DNA of 64,000 nucleotides, taken from assembly GCA_963819095.1 (NCBI GenBank), contig CAWFUO010000006.1, positions 320,002-384,001 of the forward strand. Reading direction: 5' to 3'. The position numbers and the translations under genes are program-made. Below, one piece after another: positions 8,954 to 17,691 of the stretch. The notes beneath the pieces are model-generated. The model was not told the origin of the DNA. It worked only from the letters and a program-made list of their open reading frames with translations, and did no database searches. Source of the DNA: Candidatus Dormiibacterota bacterium (lineage in GTDB: Bacteria; Chloroflexota; Dormibacteria; Aeolococcales; Aeolococcaceae). The stretch's first letter is position 1, and the number at the start of each line of letters is the position of its first letter.

Positions 8954-9733
8954 GTGGCCGCCGGATACATCATCGCGATGCGGCGCGGCACCATCGGGCC
9001 CGACGACGATGTCAGCCCGTGGTTTCGCCATCCGCACCTGCGGCCGGTGTTCTTCTGCGCCGGGCTGCTGATCGCGTTCCTCGCGCTCGAGTCGCCGATC
9101 GACTACGCCGGCGACTACTACCTCTTCTCGGCGCACATGGTCCAGCACATGCTGCTGATGATGGTGGCGCCGCCGCTGCTCCTTCTCGGGATCGCCGGGG
9201 CGCGGCCGGCGCCGCGCGATCGCCACTCGACGTTGCGGACGTTCTGGTGGGCGATCACGCGGCCGTGGCCGGCCGTGATCATCTTCAACGTGGTGCTCCT
9301 GCTCTGGCACATCCCGGCGCTGTACGACACGACGCTTCGGGTGGTGCCGGTGCACATCGTCGAGCACCTGAGCTTCATCGCAGTTGGGATCATCGTCTGG
9401 TGGGCCGTGGTCGACCCGATACGAGACGCGCAGACGAAGACCGTCAGCCCGCTCACCAAGATCGCGGCGCTCAGCATCGCCGGGATCCCGCCGACCGTGC
9501 TCGGCATCGTCTTCGCGCTGGCTCCGGCACCGCTCTACAGCTTCTACGCCGCTGCGCCGCGCCTCTGGGGCATCTCGGCGCTCACCGACCAGCAGTACGG
9601 CGGGGTGATCATGCTGGGCGTCGGCAACATCGTGTATTTCATCGCGATCATCGTCGTCTTCATGCGCCTGTTCTCCGACCCGGGCCGGGACGAGGAGCTG
9701 GCGGCAGATCGGATCGCCGAGGCGCTCCGGTGA
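8954..9733 (+). CDS. ctaG: cytochrome c oxidase assembly factor CtaG (caa3_CtaG membrane family)
   Basis: Multi-TM protein with FSAHMVQHMLLMMVAPPLLLLG and WHIPALYD motifs. The frame stays open upstream to about 8888 with no canonical start, so the true start may be earlier. Confidence 0.8.
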   Translation: MAAGYIIAMRRGTIGPDDDVSPWFRHPHLRPVFFCAGLLIAFLALESPIDYAGDYYLFSAHMVQHMLLMMVAPPLLLLGIAGARPAPRDRHSTLRTFWWAITRPWPAVIIFNVVLLLWHIPALYDTTLRVVPVHIVEHLSFIAVGIIVWWAVVDPIRDAQTKTVSPLTKIAALSIAGIPPTVLGIVFALAPAPLYSFYAAAPRLWGISALTDQQYGGVIMLGVGNIVYFIAIIVVFMRLFSDPGRDEELAADRIAEALR

Positions 9734-9779
9734 GTGCCGAGGCGTGCCGGCGAACCCATCCCTTAAGATTCCCTCGGAC

Positions 9780-10277
9780 ATGCACATGACTCACCTGCGC
9801 ACGCTGGCAGCCGGTTTGGGAGTGTGCATCGCTATCGGAATCTTCGCCTGCGGCAATGGGACGACACCCAGCGGAGGGAGTGGACCCCCCGCCGCGTGCA
9901 ACGGCACTGCTGCCGCGAGCTCCCTGGGGGCCCCGGCCAGCGGCGACACCATCGATGCCACTGACGACCTCGTGTTCAAGCCCGATACGTTGACCGCGGC
10001 GGTCGGCGACGTCATCGAGTTCAGCAATACCGGATCGGTAACCCATACGGTCACCTTCCAGGACAACAACGACGCGTGCCTGACCGATGACACCCTCGCA
10101 GCGGGGCAGACCTGGGAGGTCAAGTTCACCCAGCCCGGCACATACAACTATCTCTGCACCATCCATGCCCCCAACATGAAGGGCAAGATCACCGTCACCG
10201 GGTCTGCCGCGGCCGGGACCTCATCGGGCGCGACGCCTTCGCCCTCGGCTTCCGCCACCCCCTCGCCGGCGAGCTAG
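9780..10277 (+). CDS. lipoprotein cupredoxin (plastocyanin/halocyanin-like blue copper protein)
   Basis: Lipobox-like IGIFACGN signal. Type-1 copper ligands in TVTHTV and YLCTIHAPNM. Ser/Pro/Thr-rich C-terminal tail. The ORF-track start at 9744 (GTG) is an alternative. Confidence 0.8.
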   Translation: MHMTHLRTLAAGLGVCIAIGIFACGNGTTPSGGSGPPAACNGTAAASSLGAPASGDTIDATDDLVFKPDTLTAAVGDVIEFSNTGSVTHTVTFQDNNDACLTDDTLAAGQTWEVKFTQPGTYNYLCTIHAPNMKGKITVTGSAAAGTSSGATPSPSASATPSPAS

Positions 10278-10309
10278 CAACCCGACCTCTCCGGGCACCG
10301 GTCTGCCCA

Positions 10310-11080
10310 TCAACGGCGTCGGCCGCCGAGATGCACGTCCGCGGCGAGGAACCGATGCGTGTGTCCTGACGCCTCCACGAGCAGCGCGCCGTCCTCGGCG
10401 ACGTCAAGCGCCACACCCTCGATGACCCCCGAGTGGGTGTGCACGGTCACCGGTCCGCCCAGCCCGACGGCGACACGGCGCCAGTCGGCCAGAAGCATGC
10501 CGATGCCCCCCTGCTCGAGCATCGCGACGCGAGGGCCAAGGGCTGAACCCCACGCCTCGAGCAGTTCGTCGGCAGATGGCGGGGCTGCCAGAAGCGTGTG
10601 CAGGCTGACCGCATCGATGCCCTCGGGGAAGCGCGCGACGCTGAGGTTCACACCCAGACCAAGCGCAATGGCGACCCGGCCATCGCCCGCCGTCCCTGGT
10701 TCGACCTCGCACAGGAAGCCTGCCAGCTTGCGACCCTCGACCAGGACGTCGTTCGGCCACTTGAGGCCGGCTCTGACGCCGTATTCAGCAGCGAGCACGT
10801 CCACGATCGCCAGTCCCGCCGCAAACGGGATTCCGGTTGCAACCCCTGGCGAACGGCGGACCAGGACTGATGCCAGGAGCCCCGTGCCGGATGGCGCGAC
10901 CCACTGGCGGCCCTGCCTCCCGCGTCCCGACGTCTGCTCGGCCGTGAGGCAGGTGTAGCCCTCGTCGGCGCCTTCCCGGGCGGCGCGGAGCACGACGTCC
11001 TGAGTACTCCGCGTCCGGGCCACCCGGACCACCCGCAAGGCGGGAAAACGCGCTTCTTGACCGTTACGGTGGCGCGACAT
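10310..11080 (-). CDS. birA: biotin--[acetyl-CoA-carboxylase] ligase
   Basis: Signature GRGRQGRQW, followed by KWPNDV. The start is taken at the internal ATG (MSRHRNG...), because the longer ORF to 11194 overlaps the divergent gene. Confidence 0.85.
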   Translation of the reverse strand: MSRHRNGQEARFPALRVVRVARTRSTQDVVLRAAREGADEGYTCLTAEQTSGRGRQGRQWVAPSGTGLLASVLVRRSPGVATGIPFAAGLAIVDVLAAEYGVRAGLKWPNDVLVEGRKLAGFLCEVEPGTAGDGRVAIALGLGVNLSVARFPEGIDAVSLHTLLAAPPSADELLEAWGSALGPRVAMLEQGGIGMLLADWRRVAVGLGGPVTVHTHSGVIEGVALDVAEDGALLVEASGHTHRFLAADVHLGGRRR

Positions 11081-11127
11081 ACGATGGAAGTTATTACAGG
11101 GATAGAGGATGTGAGGGTGGTGGTCTG

Positions 11128-11436
11128 ATGATCCAGGAGACTTGCGTGGAGATCGGCGAGCTGGAAGCTCGCTGGACGACTCTCCGCGAAGCACGCAATG
11201 CGCGCCGGCAGAAGATCCGCTACATCGACGAGCTCATCGATCAGTTCGAGAAGCTCAACCTCGCCGATGAGGTCGAGGTGCCGTACGAGCTCGTCGGTCG
11301 TGCGGTGGCGCTGGTGAGCAACGACACCCACCTGGTGGGTCGGTCGCCCCAGGAGCTGCAGATCTCGGAATGGATGGATGCCCTCTACGAGGTGCAGGAC
11401 AGCCTGATGTTCGCCTCCGAGGACGATTCCGACTGA
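11128..11436 (+). CDS. hypothetical acidic 102-aa protein
   Basis: ATG preceded by GAGGGTGG. Coiled-coil-like sequence with an acidic tail. No recognisable domain. Confidence 0.5.
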   Translation: MIQETCVEIGELEARWTTLREARNARRQKIRYIDELIDQFEKLNLADEVEVPYELVGRAVALVSNDTHLVGRSPQELQISEWMDALYEVQDSLMFASEDDSD

Positions 11437-11440
11437 GCCG

Positions 11441-11446
11441 TATACT
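11441..11446 (+). promoter_or_regulatory. candidate -10 box TATACT upstream of tRNA-Arg
   Basis: TATACT lies 30 nt before the mature tRNA 5-prime end. The same hexamer also precedes argC, greA and the histidine kinase gene in this window. Confidence 0.35.
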
Positions 11447-11476
11447 GGCCACGGTTGTCCCGGCGAGCCGCGACGG

Positions 11477-11552
<76 letters not shown>

Positions 11553-11637
11553 CTCCTGCCTTCATTCGAGGCGGGGTTGGCCCTGCCGATGCGGTCTGGA
11601 CGGCTGTTGGCGGTGCGGTGCCTCATCATCCCGGTCC

Positions 11638-12588
11638 ATGACTACGGACGCGGAGTCGTTGGGGCTGACGCTCACCAATCTCGACGATCCCCTGTTTGAC
11701 GGCGCGGACGCGACCAAGCGGGATCTCATCCAGTACCTGGACAGCGTTGCCGATCGGATCGTTCCGGTCCTGGAGGACCGGCCCCTGTCGGTGATCCGCA
11801 TTCACCGCGGTCATGAATCGTTCATGCAGAAGAATCTCCCCTCCTACGCGCCGCCCTGGATACCGAGGGTGACGCTCTGGGCGGAGTTGTCGAAGCGTGA
11901 CGTGACCTATGCACTCTGCAACGATCGCCGCACGCTGCTCTGGTTCGCGAATCAGCGATCGATCGAGTACCACCCGGCGCTCGTGCGCATGGATAAGCCT
12001 GATCGGATGACCCATCTCGTGCTCGACATCGATCCGCCCAGCGCGACGGCATTTGCCGAGGCGGTGCGTGCGGCGCGGATCGTGCGCCAGGTGCTGCTCG
12101 ATCTCGGCCTGACGGCAGCGCTCAAGACGAGCGGCGCGAAGGGTCTGCATCTGTTCGTGCCCATCAAGAGTGACGCCACGGTGGAGGACGCGGCCGCCGC
12201 CACGCGAGCGATCAGCGCGCGTGCTGAGCTGCTGGCCCCCGACACCGTTACCAGCGCGTTCATCAAGGAGGAGCGCGGTGGCAAGGTCTTCGTCGATGCG
12301 ACACGGGTTGGAGGCGCGACAGTCGTGGCTGCGTACAGCCCGCGGATCCGGCCAGGTGTGCCAGTGTCATTTCCGCTCGACTGGGACGAGCTCGATGATG
12401 TGCTGCCGGCGCACTTCACCGTGCGAAACGCAGCGCGGCTCCTCGGCAACAGCGATCCGTGGGCGACCCAGATGCCGGCGCCGCAGTCGCTCACTACGGC
12501 GCTGATCGAAGAAGGCCGCACCATCCCCGTCGCTCGCGTTCGAGCGATGCACGAAGGAAAGCGCCGGGCCCGGAGCGCGCGCGCCTAG
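11638..12588 (+). CDS. stand-alone LigD-type primase-polymerase domain protein (NHEJ polymerase domain)
   Basis: Typical LigD PolDom sequence: LTNLDDPLF, KRDLIQYL, FMQKNLP, LVLDIDP, KTSGAKGLHLFVP. No ligase or nuclease domain and no Ku gene nearby. The start is the ATG at 11638, downstream of the tRNA. Confidence 0.8.
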   Translation: MTTDAESLGLTLTNLDDPLFDGADATKRDLIQYLDSVADRIVPVLEDRPLSVIRIHRGHESFMQKNLPSYAPPWIPRVTLWAELSKRDVTYALCNDRRTLLWFANQRSIEYHPALVRMDKPDRMTHLVLDIDPPSATAFAEAVRAARIVRQVLLDLGLTAALKTSGAKGLHLFVPIKSDATVEDAAAATRAISARAELLAPDTVTSAFIKEERGGKVFVDATRVGGATVVAAYSPRIRPGVPVSFPLDWDELDDVLPAHFTVRNAARLLGNSDPWATQMPAPQSLTTALIEEGRTIPVARVRAMHEGKRRARSARA

Positions 12589-12642
12589 CAGCGAGCTTCA
12601 TGGAGCAACAGCTCATGGAGATGTGCGCTGTCGGAGCCTGAT

Positions 12643-13803
12643 TCAGGCCGCGTGCACCGCATGTTCTGATGGCATGTTCATCATCCGGAGCATGCCCACG
12701 CCGCCGGTGCGCAGGAATCGCATCAGCAGGAGCGCGATGATGGCGAGGGTCGCGATGTCGAGGTAGGTCGTCGCGCCCCACGTGATCGCGCTGGTGAGCG
12801 CGGCGACTGCGTGACTCCCCGGCACCCAACCGAGCGCGCTGAAGACCGCACCGACGATCAACCCCGCGGCCACCATCGTCAGGTACGACACGACCGCGAG
12901 GGATACGGCCACGCGGCCGCCGTAGTACTTGCGATAGATGTTGAGGATCGGAGGGATGATCAGGTCGCCGAAGACAAACGCGATGACGCCGCCGAAGCCG
13001 ATGCCGTTTCTCCAGAGCACCGCGGCGAGCGGGATGTTCCCGACCGAGCACACGTAGCTGAGCGATGCCACCAGCGGACCGATGAACGCGCTGGACAGCG
13101 CGGGCACGAATCCGTGGCCACCCGCAAAGAGGTGCGACCACACAGTCTCCGGTACCCAGGCGCCGATCGCGCCGGCGATGAGGAAACCGAGGAGCAGGTC
13201 TCCCCACAGCGAATACACGTTCATGAAGAAGTAGTGGCTCACCGACGTCAGCGCCCGCCTCGAGAGGGCGCGTTGCAGAAACGGCCCATCGGTGACCGAC
13301 ATGTCCATGGCGCCGTGACCCTCCATCTTCCCGGGGATGCCGCGGTCCGCCTGCACTCGCGCGGCATCGGTGAGGCGTGGGGTGAGCGTGAAGCGCAACG
13401 CCACGGCGAGCAGCACCACCATCAGCAGCCCACCCACGAACTCTCCGGCGACGAACTGCCAGCCGAGAAGAATGAGGAGCGCGAGGCCGAGCTCGAACAC
13501 GAGGTTGGTTGAAGCGAACTCGAAGATGACCGCGTTGCTGAGCGTCGAGCCCTTGCGAAACAACGTGCGCGCGATTGCAACCGCAGCGTAGGAACACGAC
13601 GACGAGGCGGCGCCGAAGAGCGTTGCCAGGCTTGCTGATCGGACGCCGTCACGGCCGAGCCGGCGCGAGATCGCCTCTTTCGAGACGAAGGTCTCCACGC
13701 ACGCGGAGAGCAGGAAGCCGAGCGCCAGCGGCCAGAGCACCTCCCAGAACATGTCGAGCGACAGGCGCAGGGCATCGCCGACGTGGTCCAGGACAAAGCT
13801 CAC
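12643..13803 (-). CDS. permease of the UPF0718/ArsP-like family
   Basis: 386-aa polytopic membrane protein with the family-typical AASSSCSYAAVA segment and internal two-fold repeat architecture. Confidence 0.7.
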   Translation of the reverse strand: MSFVLDHVGDALRLSLDMFWEVLWPLALGFLLSACVETFVSKEAISRRLGRDGVRSASLATLFGAASSSCSYAAVAIARTLFRKGSTLSNAVIFEFASTNLVFELGLALLILLGWQFVAGEFVGGLLMVVLLAVALRFTLTPRLTDAARVQADRGIPGKMEGHGAMDMSVTDGPFLQRALSRRALTSVSHYFFMNVYSLWGDLLLGFLIAGAIGAWVPETVWSHLFAGGHGFVPALSSAFIGPLVASLSYVCSVGNIPLAAVLWRNGIGFGGVIAFVFGDLIIPPILNIYRKYYGGRVAVSLAVVSYLTMVAAGLIVGAVFSALGWVPGSHAVAALTSAITWGATTYLDIATLAIIALLLMRFLRTGGVGMLRMMNMPSEHAVHAA

Positions 13804-13933
13804 GAGATCAGGGTAGCCATGCGAGCGGCATTCACACTCTGAGCGATCTCCCAGGGGAAGTCCACGGCGTTCTCACTGGCGGGCGCGACGCTGAACAACG
13901 TCAAACGTCAGCCCACCAAGGAGGCACTACACC

Positions 13934-14227
13934 ATGGACGGCGACCAGTTCACCCCACCGCCCCCGCCACCGGAAGAGCCGGCACCGCGGAGGATGGGTA
14001 TGCGCAAGATTGCGGCGACGGCGCTGCTCTCAGTCGGTCTGCTCGCCGGCACGGGAGTGGGCAGCTTCGTGATCGCGCATGCGGCATCGAACACGACGGC
14101 GTCGAGCAACGCCACAACCCTGACGGCCAGCACCGCGACGCCGTCGACCACGGCACCGGCGACGAAAACGCCATCGACCTCGACCAAGTGTCCGAACATG
14201 GGCGGCTCGAGCAGCACGACCGGCTAG
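13934..14227 (+). CDS. small secreted Thr/Ser-rich protein
   Basis: The internal ATG at 13994 gives a classic signal peptide (MGMRKIAATALLSVGLLAGTGVGSFVIAHA|AS). The mature part is low-complexity and T/S/A-rich. A strong terminator hairpin follows. Confidence 0.5.
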   Translation: MDGDQFTPPPPPPEEPAPRRMGMRKIAATALLSVGLLAGTGVGSFVIAHAASNTTASSNATTLTASTATPSTTAPATKTPSTSTKCPNMGGSSSTTG

Positions 14228-14247
14228 GCGTCCCTTCCTTCCCCCTC

Positions 14248-14280
14248 AGGCGACCCACCGGCTTCGGTGGGTCGCCTTTT
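14248..14280. terminator. bidirectional intrinsic terminator hairpin between convergent genes
   Basis: Perfect 12-bp stem AGGCGACCCACC / GGTGGGTCGCCT with a 6-nt loop, followed by TTT. It sits between the 14227 stop and the 14280 stop. Confidence 0.6.
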
Positions 14281-15182
14281 CACCACCACTCGAAGGGTCG
14301 GCCGTCCCATGCGTCGAGAACGGGAAAGATCGGATCCGCCGCAAGCTCCGCCACGCGGTGAGCGAACGCCTCCACCTCGCTCTCGTTGAGCAGGCGGCGA
14401 AGCCTGGTCAACAACGCGGTCATCCGGGCGCCGTCCCCGGCGAGATCCTGCACCCGCTTGGCGAGCTTTGCGGGGAGCTGTGATCCGCCCAGCGCGATCA
14501 GCGCGGTCCGCTGCCGCGGGTAGGGGAGAAAGCTCAACGCGTTGTCGATCGCCTTCACGCTGGGGCCGTCGATCACCAGCAGGTGCGTGCGCTTGCGATC
14601 GGCGTTGTTGATGAGCACGTCGAGCACGGCGACGGCGCGGAGCTGCGACTCGAGCTTCTCGGCGCGCTCCGCGGTCAGGGGTTCCTCGAGCACGTGCACG
14701 AAGCGCTGCACCGACCCCGGCCCGAGCGGGCCGTCACGCAGCACCGTCACGGGGACGCGATGCAGGCCGAGTGCCGTGTCGACAACGTAGGCGGCGACCT
14801 CGCGAAGGTAGAGGGTCCGGCGTGGAAAGTCCCAGAGCGGTCGCTCGCCCCGGACCGGCTTGTACACGGCCCGAAGCGGCTCGGTCGGAATCGCCGGGTC
14901 GGGCGCGTCGAGCTCGAGCAGGAAGACCCCGTTGCTCCCGTAGACGACCTCGGCGATGCGATCGATCGGTGCCTCGGCAAGCGCCGTTGCGACCTCCAGG
15001 TCGCGGGGCGCAGCACCGTCCGCGGGGCCGGGTGCCACTGCGGCCTCGAAGCGCTCTCGAAGTGACGGCGCCGACGCCGTCTCGTCGCCGCCCGCAGGCA
15101 GCGCAAGGCCCGGGATGGGATCGAGGTGGGGGCGCCTTGGCGTCCTCAGACGATCCCTGCGCCGCGGCGCGTCCTGGCTCAT
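14280..15182 (-). CDS. SCO1664-family protein (PI3/PI4-kinase-like fold)
   Basis: Family-typical blocks VYKPVRGERPLWDFP, LREVAAYVVD, VLINNADRKRTHLL. Confidence 0.75.
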   Translation of the reverse strand: MSQDAPRRRDRLRTPRRPHLDPIPGLALPAGGDETASAPSLRERFEAAVAPGPADGAAPRDLEVATALAEAPIDRIAEVVYGSNGVFLLELDAPDPAIPTEPLRAVYKPVRGERPLWDFPRRTLYLREVAAYVVDTALGLHRVPVTVLRDGPLGPGSVQRFVHVLEEPLTAERAEKLESQLRAVAVLDVLINNADRKRTHLLVIDGPSVKAIDNALSFLPYPRQRTALIALGGSQLPAKLAKRVQDLAGDGARMTALLTRLRRLLNESEVEAFAHRVAELAADPIFPVLDAWDGRPFEWW

Positions 15183-15210
15183 ACGAGTTCCAAGGGTACC
15201 GAGAGCCCGG

Positions 15211-15585
15211 TCAGCTGCTCCGGCGTGCCATCAGGATCGTGACGGTCGAAGCGAGCCCGACGGGGACGCCGATCAGCAGGGTGATGTAGAAGGCGTCGCG
15301 GGACCCCGAGTCTGCATACCACTCGACGCCAAGCACCAGGGCGACCACGATCGCGATGAGGAGCCCGATGAGCACCCGTCGATACCACGGCCAGCGGGGG
15401 GCGCGGCCGGTGATCTCGACCGACGGCGCCACAGGCTCGGCATCCTCGTACCAGCGTCGATGGGCCGTGGGACCGACCTCGTTATCGGGGAGGTCTGCCC
15501 GGTCCAGCGCGGCCCACCACGTTGGCGCGCCGTCGTTTCGTCGCTGGCCATAAGGCCGGGCGGATCGGGAAGACTTGTCGGACAT
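15211..15585 (-). CDS. hypothetical two-TM membrane protein
   Basis: ATG at 15585 (MSDKSS...). Two hydrophobic helices in the C-terminal half. The longer ORF to 15774 overlaps the divergent UDG gene. Confidence 0.45.
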   Translation of the reverse strand: MSDKSSRSARPYGQRRNDGAPTWWAALDRADLPDNEVGPTAHRRWYEDAEPVAPSVEITGRAPRWPWYRRVLIGLLIAIVVALVLGVEWYADSGSRDAFYITLLIGVPVGLASTVTILMARRSS

Positions 15586-15713
15586 GGAGCCTCGGTGTAC
15601 GACGGCTGACCACGACGGCCGCTCAACTGCTATGGAATGGAGTGACGAGCGGTGAGGAGATGATATCGCCTGGGATACGGCGACGCTACTCCGGCGAGTC
15701 AGAGTCCGTACGC

Positions 15714-16370
15714 ATGCCGACACAGGCCGTCCGATTTCGCTCCCTGAGCGCGCTGCAACGCGAGCAGCATGCATGCACGCGATGCGCGGACGCGGGCTTC
15801 ATCGCGCGTGCGCACCCAGTGTTCAGCGGGCACGCCGGTCAGCACGTCATGCTCGTCGGCCAGGCCCCCGGCCCGGTCGAACGGGATCAGAGCAGGCCAT
15901 TTGCGGGACGCGCGGGGCGCCAGTTGATGCGCTGGCTGGTGCGCGGGGGCTTTCGCGACGAAGCCGACGTGCGCGAGCGCATCTACATGACCGCGATGAC
16001 CACATGCTTCCCGGGTCGCCGGCCGGATGGAGCGGGTGACCGGCGCCCAAGTGCCGCCGAGGTTGCGCTGTGCGCACCATGGCTCGACGGAGTGCTGGCG
16101 CTGCTCCGCCCCCGGCTGATCATTCCGATCGGCTCGCTGGCACTCGAGCGTTTCCTCCCGGGGCAGCGGCTCGACAGCATCATCGGCGCCGCATACACCA
16201 CGACGGGAGAACGGATCAGCGGGGCGCCGGAGGCGGTGCCCGTTCTCGTCCCCCTGCCCCATCCCTCAGGACAGAGCAGGTGGCTCAACGATCCCGCGCG
16301 CTTGGCGTTGTTGGATCGGGCGCTGGCGACGATGCGCGAGATGGTTGCGTGGGCCGACCCGGACGGCTGA
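15714..16370 (+). CDS. uracil-DNA glycosylase superfamily protein (family 4-like)
   Basis: Motifs CTRC, LVGQAPGPVE and HPSGQSRW. The start is taken at the ATG at 15714. Confidence 0.7.
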   Translation: MPTQAVRFRSLSALQREQHACTRCADAGFIARAHPVFSGHAGQHVMLVGQAPGPVERDQSRPFAGRAGRQLMRWLVRGGFRDEADVRERIYMTAMTTCFPGRRPDGAGDRRPSAAEVALCAPWLDGVLALLRPRLIIPIGSLALERFLPGQRLDSIIGAAYTTTGERISGAPEAVPVLVPLPHPSGQSRWLNDPARLALLDRALATMREMVAWADPDG

Positions 16371-16452
16371 GCCGCCCACACAGTCATCGACTTTCGGGAA
16401 TGTATTCCGATGCTATCATCGGTTTTCGCACTTGCTGTGACGGGGAGAAAGG

Positions 16453-16959
16453 TTGCGCCAACGTGAGAGTCGTCGTCGTGGGAGCGCACCTCTGATCCAC
16501 GACGAGGCCACATCACCCGCCGAGCCGGTTGTGAAGAATGCCGAGGACATTCTCGAGCGAATCTTCGCGCCGACGCCGAAGGCGAGCCCTGCGGAGCAGG
16601 CCGAGCGTGCGCTGCGGCGACCCAAGCAGCTCATCTATTGCGCGCTGAGCAACCGTAACTTCTACTGGCGCCAGCACATCACCAAGTTCGTCCTGGATGA
16701 GGGTCAGGTGCCGATCGTTCCATTCATGCTGTTCGACTATTACCTCGTGCACACGGTGCCGAAGGATGTGGTGCGCGAGGCATTCAACAATCTGATCGTG
16801 CGCTGTGACCAGATGTGGGTGTTCGGCAACCCGTCACTCGGCGTCAAGGTGCAGATCGGCATCGCCAAGCGTCTCAAGAAACCGATTCGCTACTACGACA
16901 TCACGGACATGCCGTATCGGGTTGTCAGCGTCCCCGAAGCGATGTTGCGCGAAGAGTGA
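16453..16959 (+). CDS. conserved hypothetical protein
   Basis: TTG start after GGAGAAAGG. Globular C-terminal 110 aa (LIYCALSNRNFYWRQHITKFVLDEG...). I do not recognise the family with confidence. Confidence 0.5.
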   Translation: MRQRESRRRGSAPLIHDEATSPAEPVVKNAEDILERIFAPTPKASPAEQAERALRRPKQLIYCALSNRNFYWRQHITKFVLDEGQVPIVPFMLFDYYLVHTVPKDVVREAFNNLIVRCDQMWVFGNPSLGVKVQIGIAKRLKKPIRYYDITDMPYRVVSVPEAMLREE

Positions 16960-16971
16960 GACACTGAGCTC

Positions 16972-17598
16972 ATGACCGTTCTGATCATCGTCGTGGTCAT
17001 CGTTGTGCTGATCGCGCTGTACGTTGCCTATCGGTTCAACCGGCTGATCCGCCTGCGGACTCGCACCCAGGAAGCGTGGTCCGACATCGATGTCGAGCTG
17101 AAGCGGCGGTATGACCTGATCCCCAACCTCGTCAACACCGTTCAGGGGTATGCGGCTCACGAGCGAGGTGTGTTCGAGGCGGTCACCGCTGCACGCACCA
17201 ATGCGCTGGCCGCATCAAAGACCGGTGATCCGGCCACGATGGCCGGAGCCGAAGATGCGCTCACCGGGTCGACCCGGCAGTTGCTTGCTGTGGCGGAGAA
17301 CTACCCGCAGCTCAAGGCGTCGGAGCTCTTCCTGAACCTCCAGGAGCAACTCACCACCACCGAGGACAAGGTGGAGTTTTCGCGGCGCTTCTACAACGGG
17401 AACGTGCGTGACTTCAACACCGCGCTTCAGACGTTCCCCACCAGCATCCTCGGGCAGATGCTCCACTTCCAGCCGTTCGCATTCTTCCAGGTGGCTGATT
17501 CCGAGCGGCAGGCGCCCACCGTTTCGTTCACGCCCGCCGTCCCCGTCACGCAGCCACCGACGCCGGCCGTTCCGCCTCCGCCAACGCCTCCCGGCTGA
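16972..17598 (+). CDS. lemA: LemA family protein
   Basis: N-terminal TM helix. LemA blocks EAWSDIDVELKRRYDLIPNLV, NYPQLKASELF and RRFYNGNVRDFN. Pro-rich tail. Confidence 0.9.
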   Translation: MTVLIIVVVIVVLIALYVAYRFNRLIRLRTRTQEAWSDIDVELKRRYDLIPNLVNTVQGYAAHERGVFEAVTAARTNALAASKTGDPATMAGAEDALTGSTRQLLAVAENYPQLKASELFLNLQEQLTTTEDKVEFSRRFYNGNVRDFNTALQTFPTSILGQMLHFQPFAFFQVADSERQAPTVSFTPAVPVTQPPTPAVPPPPTPPG

Positions 17599-17691
17599 TC
17601 TTCCCAAGGGCGGTCGGCGCCTCGACTCGAGGCTGCAACGATCCGCACACCGCTGATCTGGTGGCGAACTCCTCCGCTAGCGTCGTGAGCC

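Noticed and set aside
8810-9787. 325-aa minus-strand ORF antisense to ctaG
   Set aside because: It is an Arg/Asp-rich shadow of a clear membrane-protein gene.
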